Source: Octopus bimaculoides (Eukaryota). From it: DNA of 64,000 nucleotides. The stretch is from the NCBI RefSeq assembly GCF_001194135.2, contig NC_068984.1:39130657-39194656 (forward strand), in the 5' to 3' direction. Below are positions 1-11,603 of this stretch, one piece after another; the first letter of the stretch is position 1; each line of letters starts with the position of its first letter. Position numbers and translations under genes: made by a program. The notes beneath the pieces were generated by a model. The model was not told where the DNA came from and searched no databases. It saw nothing but the letters and a program-made list of their open reading frames with translations.

Positions 1-96
1 GGTAGAGTATTTGTGTAAAGGCATTTTCAATAGTAGTTAGTTTCACTAAATTATATCTCCTTTATCTTGTGTTTAAGAAATAATCATTACTACAAC

Positions 97-191
97 TACT
101 GCTACTGCCACCACCATCACCACCAACACCACCACTACCATGACACCACTACCACCACCATGACACCACCACCACTACTACTACTACTACT
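97..191. repeat. (CTA/CAC)n microsatellite. Other simple repeats: (TA)n 1559-1628, 37871-37900, 40137-40181, 63931-63969; (CA)n 2258-2300, 22838-22980, 52928-53001; (GT)n 31200-31279; (AGT)n 50688-50780; CT-rich 31830-32270
   Basis: Directly visible. Confidence 0.95.
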
Positions 192-1558
192 TTATGGTCG
201 TGGATAGCACAAGATGTAAAACATTGAACTATACATCTTTTCTCTATCATCTTGAATAAATACCAGCAGTAATATTAGAATCAGTTCAATTAATTCTGCT
301 TCTTCCCCAGTAATATATTGTAGGAAATACTTGTTACTGATTAAATCAAACCTAAACAACAAATATGATAAACCAGATGCAAAAATAAATATTGAATAAC
401 GCTTATTTCTGAGTTTAGTGGAATTCAGGCAAAGATTAGGAGCAACACTAGGCTGCCCTGCCATGCTCCTTGTGGAGAATGCTTTTTGCAATAAACAACA
501 ATAAACTACAAAGAGCACTAAACAGTGCACCATGCATCATAACAGGTTGTACACAGGCCACACCTACAAACCATCTACACAATAAAGCAAAAATACTAAA
601 AATAAAATACCACCTTGACAGGTGAAAGGCATTGTGTATCATTGTAGCCTGTTTTAACCCCACAGTCCCTGTCACTACAAGAAAAGAGACACATATAACA
701 CTTGTGAATACTACTACTACAACAATATCCTAAAAGTATTACATCTCCCATTCAGCCTGGGCATGTGAAAGATTATGTACACACATAAATAGCTGCTTTA
801 TCAATAGCTTCACTTATTGGTGATGGGAATAACCCAGCAACCTGTGCTGGTTTTTCTCATCATCAATAAGTGTACAGGAGTAGAAAATGTTGCACTCTCA
901 CTGTATCTATCTTACCTTCCTCTACTGTGACCACCAACAGAATCTTCATGTGTGTGGGAGTAGATTGGATGGTGGGGAAAGCACTATGTATCAAGACTGT
1001 CAAACTGCACCACATATAATTCAACACTAAATATTGGTGTGTTATGTGTGGCCTTTGGCCAAACGGAAACAGTATGACTAGGTAGAAAAGCCTGTGGATT
1101 AGGTTTCATTATTTGGCTGATTACATGCAGGTCATAAGAATGCTTAGATGGGGCTGGCCTGGAACAACAGAGCATGACAACCCCAAATAAGGCCACTGGA
1201 TAATATAATAAATCCTACTTGCACCTAAGAAGATGATATGCTTGACAGAAGATACCTTATACTCACTATGATACATATATTAGACCATAAGTGTTATGTA
1301 TTATGAGTTGAGAAACTTTGATCAACTGAGATTCTTCATGCAATTAGTAAGTAAAAACTTCCTCTAGGAGTGTTTAAAATCTAAATTCAACAAAGGACAT
1401 AATTCCAATAAGATCAAACAACCAAAATTTTTGGAAGATGTAGATAATGTAGGTGGTATTGATTTCATATATAAAGTCAACTGTGTCATATGCTTTGGTC
1501 CTAGTAAATCTCTCTAGGGAAATATATTCTTTGTTGTAAAAAAAACTAAAAATGATCA

Positions 1559-1628
<70 letters not shown>

Positions 1629-1629
1629 T

Positions 1630-1837
1630 GCCAGTACCGCCTGACTGGCCTTCGTGCCGGTGGCACGTAAAAGCACCCACTACACTCTCGGAGTGGTTGG
1701 CGTTAGGAAGGGCATCCAACTGTAGAAACTCTGCCAGATCAGATTGGAGCCTGGTGTAGCCATCTGGTTCACCAGTCCTCAGTCAAATCGTCCAACCCAT
1801 GCTAGCATGGAAAGCGGATGTTAAATGATGATGATGA
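1630..1837 (+). repeat. RTE 3'-tail-only copy. Other copies: 4500-4650, 4790-5340, 15030-15130, 22992-23255(-), 28336-28700, 30430-30660(-), 40185-40260(-), 47958-48157, 49170-49415, 50053-50341, 56224-56272, 57085-57260(-), 62638-62667(-)
   Basis: Shared sequence gtggcacgtaaaagcacccactacactc...aggaagggcatcc...ccatgctagcatggaaagcggacgttaaa(cgat)(gat)n. Confidence 0.9.
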
Positions 1838-2255
1838 TATATATATTTATATTTATATATACATACACATTTATATATAGTTTGCTGTTCCATTAATGTA
1901 GGATCAACAAAGAAGGTACTCCATTCAGTGAGAGATGAATATTTAATGCATGCAGTATTAAAATAAGAGCTTCTAATAGTTTCTTGCCTTGGAGACATCA
2001 TAATTTGGCAGATTTTTATACTGTGCCTTATGTTTCCAAGCAATCCTAAGGCTCAAGGCACACAGTTAGTGCCATGTTCCTGTAAGGCCAGATGTCCTTC
2101 TTTGTCACCATTCTTCACCTGTTTCCAAGCAAGGTGTTATTAGGCCGGTTTTCCATGGAAGACTGGAAACGGATAGCATTGCTTGTATGACAATGATGCA
2201 CATTTACAAGCATCACCTGATGTCTAGACACGGGTTAACCCCCACCTCCACCCAG

Positions 2256-2302
<47 letters not shown>

Positions 2303-2639
2303 ATGAACTTTTTTCAGTTTCCATCTACCAAATCCACTCATAAGGCATTAGCTGGCTTGGGGCTTTAGTAGGAAGACACTTGCCCAAGGTACCATACACT
2401 GGGTCTGAATCCAGGACCTCATGCTTGGGAAGTAGGCTTCTTAATGATACAGTCGCACCTGTGCCTTTTGTTGAGCTGTATATTCCTGGTTATGGCATAT
2501 AACTGGTGAGAATGTTACCGGCAGTTGATATTGACAATTCTTCAGACAAATTCTGGCTGGAAGTGCAAGGCCTCTTTTATGTTGGAGGTAAATATACAGT
2601 CCTGATACTACAAGCGTAGTACCTTTCAAAAATGACAAG

Positions 2640-3960
2640 CTTCATTTCATCATCATCATCATCATCATTATCGTTTACTGTCTGCTTTCCATGCTGGCAT
2701 GGGTTGCACGGTTTGACTGAGGGCTGGCAAGCCAGAAGGCTGCACCAGGCTGCAATCCGATCTGGCAAAGTTTCTACAGCTGGATGCCCTTCCTAATGCC
2801 AACCACTCTGAGAGTGTAATGGGTGCTTTTTATGTGCCACCGGCATGTGGGCCAGTCAGGTGGTACTGGCATCAACCACACTTGAATGGTGCTTTTTACG
2901 TGCCACTGGCACAGTAGCCAGTCAGGCAGCACTGGCAATGATCCCGCTTGAATGGTGCTTTTTATGTGCTACCGGCACAGGACCAGTCAGCTGGCACTGG
3001 CATCGACTATGTTCGAATGGTGTTTTTTTTCGTGCCACCGGCATGGGTGCCAATCATTGGCCACGACAATGACTTCACTTGACTCAACAGGTCTTTGCAA
3101 GCACAGTTTATTGCCCAATGATTGAAGGGTACTCTTAAGTGGGCTGGTTATGGTCTCACTTGACTTGCTGGGTCTTCTCAAGCACAGCATATCTCCAAAG
3201 GTCTTGGTTAAAATGTCATCGCCTCCGTGAAGCCCAATGTGCTTCACCACCTCATCCCAGGTCCTCTTGGGTCTACTTCTTCCACAAGTTCCCTCTACTG
3301 CTAGGGTGTGACACTTTTTCAAACAGCTGCCCTCATCCATACTCAACATATGACCATACCAGTGCAGTTGTCTCTCTTGCATACCACATCTGATGTTTCT
3401 TATATCCAACTTTTCTCTCAGAGCGCTTACACTCTGTCGTGTATGCACACTGACGTTACACATCCAGCGGTGCATACTAGCTTCATTCTTTGTNNNNNNN
3501 NNNCCAGCGGTGCATACTAGCTTCATTCTTTGTAAGCTTACGCATGTCCTCAGCAGTCATGGCCCATGTTTTACTACCATGTAGTATGGCTGTTTGCACA
3601 TATGCATCATACAGTCTACTTTCTACTCTGAGCAAGAGGCCCTTTGTCACCAGCAGAGGTAGGACCTCTCTGAACTTTGCCCAGGCTATTCTTATTCTAG
3701 CAGCTACACTCTCAGAGCATCCACTCCTGCTACTGACTTGGTCACCTGGGTAACGGAAGCTATCAACTACTTATAGATTTTCCTCCTGGAATGTGACGGA
3801 AGCTGTTTTCTGCACATTTTCAGTGTTTATTACCCCTGAGCATTTGCCACACGCAAAAACTATCTTCCCAGTTAGCCTTCCTTTGATGTTGCTGCACATA
3901 GAATATATTATGCAGATGTTGATTCTGCTTAACGGTTTGGAGTTACAACTCACATTAGAA
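2640..3960 (-). mobile_element. 5'-truncated RTE LINE (RT C-terminus plus 3' UTR, (CAT)n tail on + strand)
   Basis: Minus-strand CSNIKGRLTGKIVFACGKC, NEASMHRWMCNV, LHWYGH and RPKRTWDEVVKH; tail at 2640-2670. Confidence 0.88.
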
Positions 3961-5657
3961 GTAAATGCAAAAACAAAGGAGTATAAAATATACTTCATGA
4001 TAAATAGTATGCAGGCATATGCAAGAATGATTTCAGTATATATATAGTTATGTGATTAAGAAGTTCTGTTCACAATCATGGATTCAGATTTGATCTCACT
4101 GCATGGTTCATTGGGAATAGCCTTGTGTGTGTGTGTGTGTGTATTTCTCTCTTTCTCTCTCACTCCAGGTTACACACACACACACACACACACACACATG
4201 CAAGGCGATAACTATAGGCTCTTGTAGGGGAGTTACATGGCTACTCACATTTAGGAGAGAAAGAAAAATTAATCAGTAGCAGCTCTGAAGAGACAAAGAA
4301 ACAAGGAGACAGTGAATGGTGCAAAAGATGGGGGAGAGGGGCAGTAGGTAACGTATTTAAGGACTGGGTAGCTTTGAAGGGTGGATGTAGGAGTGAGAAT
4401 TGTTAATGGAGTTCTGTCCTACTCTTTCTGTCATACCTGAACTCTCATCTGCTAGCATAAAACCCCACCCCTTGCATTTCATAGACCTGCATGCTGCATG
4501 GTAACATGGTTGGTGTTAGGAAGGGCATCCAGCCATAAAACCATGCCAAACCAAAGCATAATATAGTCCTTGGACCCATAAGATCCTGTCACAGCATCCA
4601 ACTTGTACCAGCATGGAACATGGACATTAAATGATGATGATGGTGATGGAGATAATAATAGAACTGTAATATAGAAATTTTCTGTAAGGCATGATTCAGT
4701 CCACCATGTGGCGCCTTGGGCTGACCAAAGCCTTGTGAGTGGATATGGTAGACGCAAACTGAAAAAACCCATTTAGGTAGACCCAGGAAGACATGAGACG
4801 AGGTGATGAAGCATGATCTTTGAATGTTGAGCCTAACAGAGGTGATGACAAGTGACCGAGACCTTTGGCGATATGCTGTACTTGAGAAGACTTGTCAAAC
4901 CAAGTGAAATTGTAGCCATGGCTATTGCCAGTGTCATGTGAATGGCACCCATGAAATCGTAATCATGACCATTGGTGGTAGCATGATCTTCAAATGTTAG
5001 ACCTCACGGAGGCGATGACAAGTGACCTAGACCTTTGACGATATGCTGCGCTTGAGAAGACTCGTTAAGCCAGGTGAAATCATAGTCATGGCTGTTGCCA
5101 GTGTCATGTAAATGGCACCTGTGAAATCATAGTCGTGGCTGTTGCCAGTGTCATGTAAATGGCACTCATGCTGGTGGCACGTGAAGAGCACCATCAGAGT
5201 GATTGACATTAGGAAGGGCATCCAGCTGTAGAAACCATGCCAAAACAGATTGGAACCTGGTGCAGCCCTCCAGCTTATCAGTTCCAGTCAAAACCATCTA
5301 ACCCATGCCAGCATGGAAAGTGGATGTTAAATGATGAAGATATATATGTGTGCGCACGAGTGTGTATGTGTATGTATGTGTCTTTGTCAGGCTTAAAAAA
5401 AAATGTACTGGGGTTGATTCATTCTTCAAGGTGGTGCCCAAGCATGGCCACAGTCTAATGACTGAAACAAATATAAGAGCTATTAAAAAGCCTGTTGTTT
5501 TTGGTATTGTACCATTTCATTTCAATAAGTCTACTTGTTTACATGTCATGTCTATTAAGTATATTTGTATACAAAATTATCTTTTGCCAAATCAAATTTT
5601 CAGAAGTTTTCTAAATATACATAATTGCTGTTACACATTTTATAGTTTGAATCACGT

Positions 5658-6042
5658 GGAGGCGCAATGGCCTAGTGGTTAGGGCAGCGAACTCGCGGTC
5701 ATAGGATTGCGGTTTCGATTCCCAGACCGGGCGTTGTGAGTGTTTATTGAGCGAAAACACCTAAAGCTCCACAAGGCTCCAGCAGGGGATGGTGGCGAAC
5801 CCTGCTGTACTCTTTCACCACAACTTTCTCTCACTCTTTCTTCCTGTTTCTGTTGTGCCTGTAATTCAAAGGGTCAGCCTTGTCACGCTGTGTCACGCTG
5901 AATATCCCCGAGAACTACGTTAAGGGTACACGTGTCTGTGGAGTGCTCAGCCACATGCACATTAATTTCACGAGCAGGCTGTTCCGTTGATCGGATCAAC
6001 TGGAACCCTCGATGTCGTAAGCGACGGAGTGCCAACAACAAC
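5658..6042 (+). mobile_element. Full-length tRNA-head SINE (family A); related minus-strand elements near 45345-46050 and 46300-46450
   Basis: A-box tggcctagtgg, B-box gtttcgattcc, conserved central domain, (CAA)n tail. Confidence 0.85.
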
Positions 6043-8565
6043 ATTTTGAATAATATATAATGACAGGTATGACTGTGTAGTTAAAAAGATCACTTCTCAA
6101 CTGTGTGGTTACTGGTTCAGCCGCACTGAACAGCACCTTGGGCAAGTGTCTTCCACTAATATCCTTAAGTTGACCAATGTCTTGTCAGGGTATTTGGTTG
6201 GCAGAAACTGTGTGAAGTCTGTTGTATATGTATGTGTGTGTGTATGTATATANNNNNNNNNNNNNNNNNNNNNNNNNNNNNNNNNNNNNNNNNNNNNNNN
6301 NNNNNNNNNNNNNNNNNNNNNNNNNNNNNNNNNNNNNNNNNNNNNNNNNNNNNNNNNNNNNNNNNNNNNNNNNNNNNNNNNNNNNNNNNNNNNNNNNNNN
6401 NNNNNNNNNNNNNNNNNNNNNNNNNNNNNNNNNNNNNNNNNNNNNNNNNNNNNNNNNNNNNNNNNNNNNNNNNNNNNNNNNNNNNNNNNNNNNNNNNNNN
6501 NNNNNNNNNNNNNNNNNNNNNNNNNNNNNNNNNNNNNNNNNNNNNNNNNNNNNNNTATGTATGTTGGTTTCAAACTTTGGCGTAAGGCCAGCAATTTCAG
6601 AGTAGAAGTAATTTGATTACATCGACCCCAGTGTTCAACTGGTGCTTATTTCGTTGACCCTGAAAGGATGAAAACAAAGTCGACCCTGGTGGTGTTTGAA
6701 CTCAGAAGAAATGCCACTAAGAATTTTTCTTCTGGTGTTGTAATGATTCTGCCAGCTTGCTGTTTTGGCTGTGTGGTAAGAAGCTTGCTTCCCAACCACA
6801 TGATTCTGGGTTCAGTCCCACTGTGTGGCTCCTTGGGCAAGAGTCTTCTTCTATAGCCTAGGGCTGACCAAAGCCTTGTGAGTGGATTTGGTAGATGGAA
6901 ACTGCAAGAAGTCCGTCATATATATATATATTTTCGTAGTTTCAGCTTAGAGCTGTGGCCATTCTGGAGCAATATATATATTTATGTGTGTGTGTTCTTG
7001 TGTTTGTGTTTGTCCCTCCACCATCACTGTGTTTATGTCCCCATAACTTAGTGGTTTGGCAAAAGAGAATGACAGAATAAGTTCTTGACTTTTGAACAAT
7101 AAGTCCTGGGGTTGATTTCTTCAACTAAAACCCTTTAAGGTGGTGCTCCAGCGTGGCTGCAGTCAGATGACTGAAATTAATAAAAGAATATTTTGGTACA
7201 ATTTATATGCATACAAATACGTAGATACACTGACCCAAATATCTTATTTCTGAGCTATTTTCCTAATTTAGTTAGATTTATAATGAAATATAACATTTAA
7301 TTTACAAATAAAACTAACTAATGATTTGTAGGTACGTGGTACTTCATTATGCAAATACAATGCGCTATAAAGTATACTAATTATTTTTATAAGTCAGAAC
7401 CACATCCTACTGCATTAGCAGTGCTTCTTACATTATTTTTTTTAAGGTTATTTCTACAGATATTCTATAGAAATCATAGCCAGCACTGATTTTTGCTACA
7501 TTTTGTATCAAGATTAATGTTTTGCAATGTTTAAATGTTTTTTTTTTTTTGTGTGGATAAGTAGCATCATAATCAGTTTTCTGGTGTAGTTGGTGCACAG
7601 GAGTTATGCAGAGATGTGTTTTCATTGGTTGAATTATGTTGTTGCAGTGTCATTTCAGTTTTGTTAAACTCATATGCTGCATGTTTGTTGTGGTCGAATC
7701 AAATGCTACAAACATGTCACATGGCTTTGTGTATTATATAGAAGAATGGTAATAGAGGGGATGTAGTGATGCTGATTAACTCCAAAGAGCAGTGTCATAA
7801 ATGAGTGGAGGGTCATGGTAGGAATGTCTTTGATTACAGGTTTTCTCAATTACTTTGACCTAAGGCTGAACCATAACAACCATTTGATTTCAACGCATCG
7901 TGAACAACAAGTCAGTGAAGGAGTTTCTATGTTGTTGCCTGCAAAGAAATAGCATCCAAATCTTGCTCAAATCACATCCTACTACCAACAACATGGCTAA
8001 CATCATTAGATTTCAATATAAATGTTATTAAGCATTCTAAACACCAATTTGTGACAAAAAAAGAAAAAGAAAAAAAACAACAAAATCCCCCTCCTCTCCC
8101 TCAAAACCCCATAAACTTCAGCAGTCTCATTTGGGATTCTGATCACATATCTATTGCTTGATGGGTGACTGCATTACTGATTATGCTACTAAGAGTCTGC
8201 CCATTCCATCTTCCCAAATTAGATTACATATTTCATTTCTGCTGTTTTAACTGTTAGTTTATCTCTATAAGATAATTGGTCAGTTAGTTAATGCTAGCAG
8301 GATGGGCTATTCTGTTAATGTAGAATTTAGCAAGGTGTTCTACCTTTGTTTGATGCTTGCCAAAGGCAAACAATAAACATGTGGTTCAAATCCCATCAGC
8401 ACTCCTTTTGAATTTTTCTGCCCAAAGTTGATGCTTCTAATGTTTAATAATCAAAATCTTTTGATTTTATTTGAAAAGACTTCAATTTACAGTTATCTTT
8501 GGAATTCGGTCACTGTTATATTTTTTTAAAATCTGTTTTAGGAGGCTGAGTTTTGTACTGAGCTA

Positions 8566-8580
8566 ATGAGCTGGTTCTGA
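8566..8580 (+). promoter_or_regulatory. Upstream ORF ATG AGC TGG TTC TGA (MSWF*) ending 1 nt before the CDK start
   Basis: Read directly in the same exon as the main ATG; weak Kozak context (C at -3). Confidence 0.6.
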
Positions 8581-8581
8581 T

Positions 8582-8826
8582 ATGGCTACTACTTGGAGTT
8601 TTTTGAACAGCAAACAAGAATCCTCAAGTAATTTCGATAAACTTTCTGAGATTGGTCGTGGTGCTTATGGAACTGTGTATAAAGCACGTGACCGAAAGAG
8701 TGGGCAGTATGTAGCTATGAAACAAATTCCTCTTCCATATTCTAAAGAAGGTGTTCCAACTAGTGCAATAAGAGAAATCGCAGCCTTGCGTAGAATGGAA
8801 AATTTTGAGCATGAAAATATTGTACG
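8582..8826 (+). CDS. CDK4/6: CDK4/6 coding exon 1 (MATTWSF...EHENIV-R, phase 2); the exon starts at 8542 with 40 nt of 5' UTR
   Basis: Acceptor tctgttttag at 8532-8541; ATG at 8582 in gatATGg context; Gly-loop, catalytic Lys and C-helix; donor CG|GTAAGT at 8827. Confidence 0.95.
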
Positions 8827-9281
8827 GTAAGTTGAGTATCTTTTTAAAAATTATTTGGTTCAGTTTTAATATGTACATGGTGTTTTGCAGAAGTTTTGAG
8901 ACTTGTTTAAGAGAGGCATTTATAACTGGCCCAGATTATTGTAACTTTAGTACGTGATTACTATACATCTAATAAGCTGACCTGCCAACTTTTGTTATTC
9001 CAGATTGCAGGAGACAGCTGCAACAGCACTTTGAATGCACCCTACTTAACACTTCTCGTCATAGCTGACTAGTTTGCAGAAGGCAGTCGGGGTGTGAAGA
9101 CAATGTGGAACCTCACTGTGCAATAAAGTTTTATGTTAAACAGGGCAGAAACATTACAGAAACTTGCAAAATGCTTCAGACTGGTCATAGATTAACTTGT
9201 ATGAGTTCAGCATCCGTTTTTCACTGGCCTGAGGGGCCAGGCAAAATGAGTCCACTGGGAAGCTCATAGTGATCCCCTTTT

Positions 9282-10920
9282 CACAAGGTGTTTTGGTTAA
9301 ATTTGACAGTTTCATAAAAAGGAAAAAAACCCCACTATATCTCATCTAAAAATAAAAGTATTTAAAAAAAAAAAGAAAATATAAGCTAGATTATGGCTGG
9401 TAGATCACAGTTTACTCAAAGTAACTGCCCTCAGCTTCCACCACAGTCTCAAGATGGCTCCAGAACCTGGTGCAAGCATTTTTCACTGTGTCCCTGGGAA
9501 GATCTTCAAACACCTCCTTGATCTTGGCCTCCATCTTGGCCTTGGTGTTGCAGGCAAAGTAGTTGGTGTTTCTCAACTGTGCCCCACACATAATAATTCA
9601 TGGGATTACAATTGAGGGAATTAGGATGCCAGAAATTGGGGTTGGTGAAGTTGTAGAAATTCTCCAACAACCACTTCTGACTTTTTCTGGATGTATGGCA
9701 AAGAGCTGAATCCTGCTGCTACACATATGGCCTTCCAGCAGCTTCACATAGCTGTCTGAATGAGCCCTATTTAAAGATGTAGGACAGCATTCTGTCACCT
9801 TCACTGGAAATGCATCAAAATACCATCACAGTTTGGGGCAGCTTGGTTTTCAAGATATGTGGGACATCACATGGTTTATAGCCAAGCCACCTGTTGTTCT
9901 GGGTGTTGTGCAACTGGTCTTGGCATCAGTTCTTTTCATCTAAGAAGAACTGGATCATCCCTGGCTATGCAGAATGCCTCAGCTTGTTCAGGAACTTCTT
10001 AGCCTTTGTCAAACAATTCTCCTTGGCTTTGGTTTACAGAATTTGTCCCTCGTGCCTCTTGTATGAGTGGTGGCGAAAGTCTTCATTCAGGGCCAGCTTC
10101 ATAATGGTGACTCCAACACCTTTCTCTCTCGCCAAAGTTTGGATTCTCTTGCTTGGATCTTCCATCATCTTGTCCTTCAATTGTTGGATGATTTCAGACA
10201 TGTGGAGATGCAATGGCCCAGTGGTTAGGGCAGTGGACTTGCGGTTGTAGGATTGTGGTTTCGATTCCCAGACCGAGTGTTGTGAGTGTTATTGAGCGAA
10301 AACACCTAAAGCTCCATGAGGCTCTGGCAGGGGGTGGTGGCAAACCCTCCTGTAGAGCATCACGTGATTGATGCCAGGCCCACCTGACTGGCTCCTGTGC
10401 CAGTGGCATGTAAAAAGCACCCACTACACTCTCGGAGTGGTTGATGTTAGGAAGAGCATCCAGCTATAGAAACATTGCCAGATCAGATTGGAGCCTGGTG
10501 TAGCCACTGGCTCTCAGTCAAACTGTCCAACCTATGCCAGCATGGAAAACGGACATTAAACTATGATGATGATGATGGACACAGTCAGAATGTCTGCTGT
10601 GTCTCCTCCTACTGGCCATGGCTTTGTAGTTGCTCTTCCTAGTGTCTATCTCACATCTTACAACTTTCACAGTCTTTATGGAGCTCTGAGCAGCAGTCAT
10701 GATGTTGGCATTTTGATACCTGGTGTGAATCCTCATTATACAGGTAACTCTTTTCCAATATTCAGATAGCTTCCAGTCCTCCATATCAATTAACTTTTTC
10801 TCTCAACTCCAACTTTAATCTTTATGCTCTCCAATGCTTTTAACTGTCCACCAGTACATCAAGCTGTCCTGATAAAAGGAAACATGAAATAATTGTCAAG
10901 TTTAGTCCAAACACCCTGTA
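9282..10920 (-). mobile_element. Tc1/mariner DD37D (maT-like) transposon relic with both TIRs, interrupted by a SINE/RTE insert
   Basis: Minus-strand translation FFLDEKN...GRPYV*QQDSA-(37 aa after D)-N(D)YYVWG. N-terminal part at 10580-10740. Imperfect TIRs cacaaggtgttttggttaaatttgacagtt (9282-9311) and aattgtcaagtttagtccaaacaccctgta (10891-10920). Stops and frameshifts present. Confidence 0.88.
10203..10577 (+). mobile_element. Chimeric insert: tRNA-head SINE 5' half joined to an RTE 3' tail
   Basis: 10203-10345 matches the head of the 5658 SINE; about 10365-10577 matches the RTE tail ending in (GAT)n. Confidence 0.8.
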
Positions 10921-11039
10921 CTACTGAGGACCAAACCACTACTGGTGTTGATTCTTCTCTTTCTCTAAAAACACCCATGAAATAAATTCTGTCAAATGCT
11001 GAGAAGGCTCCACAGAAGTAGTTGTTATCTTCTGATACT

Positions 11040-11603
11040 GCAGTAAGAATGGAAAATGTTCAGAAGTCTGTTATCCCTATTTGCAGTAAAGGTATTCTAC
11101 CAAACAATTGGAAGGAAAGCTGTCTGATGATTGTGTGCTAAGTGCAATGTTGCATGATAGCAAAACATGGGCAATGAATGCAGAGAGTATAGGAAAGCAG
11201 AGAAAAATGAAGTGAGCATAGTTCTCTGGATGTGTTATGCTAGGGTGCCTGAGCATCTTAGCACAACTGAACTGAGAAAAATATTGGGTTTAAGGCAAAT
11301 CAGATGTAATGGGTGAGAGAGAAGACTACACTGCTGTAAACATGTGATGTCTATGAAACGATGACAGTTGGATAAAGAAGAACCAAACGATCCATGTGGA
11401 AGGATTATATGGAAAAGGAAGTTACAGGAAAATGTGGTGAAGGCTGAGATCAAGAGGTTAGATCTCATGAAGGAGATGACAAAGGACTGCAACAAATGGC
11501 GAAGTGCTGTACTTGGGAAGACCTGTCCTACCTATGGAAGCATGGAAAAACAGATGCAAAATGATGATGATGATGATGATGATTATCACCATCATCATCA
11601 TTA
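11040..11603 (+). mobile_element. Diverged RTE 3' fragment with (GAT)n tail
   Basis: Decayed similarity to the MLHGSETW...RWR...CPT region; tail at 11563-11603. Confidence 0.7.

Noticed and set aside
192-533. 113-aa minus-strand ORF as a stand-alone gene
   Set aside because: No recognised homology and AT-rich codons; kept only as part of a low-confidence spliced-transcript finding.
5658-5735. tRNA-like sequence
   Set aside because: It is a SINE head with A/B boxes that continues into a SINE body and does not form a full cloverleaf.
9043-9057. YLTLL peptide matching exon 2, suggesting a duplicated mutually exclusive exon
   Set aside because: It is out of frame with the main acceptor at 9003 and nucleotide similarity is weak, so chance is likely.
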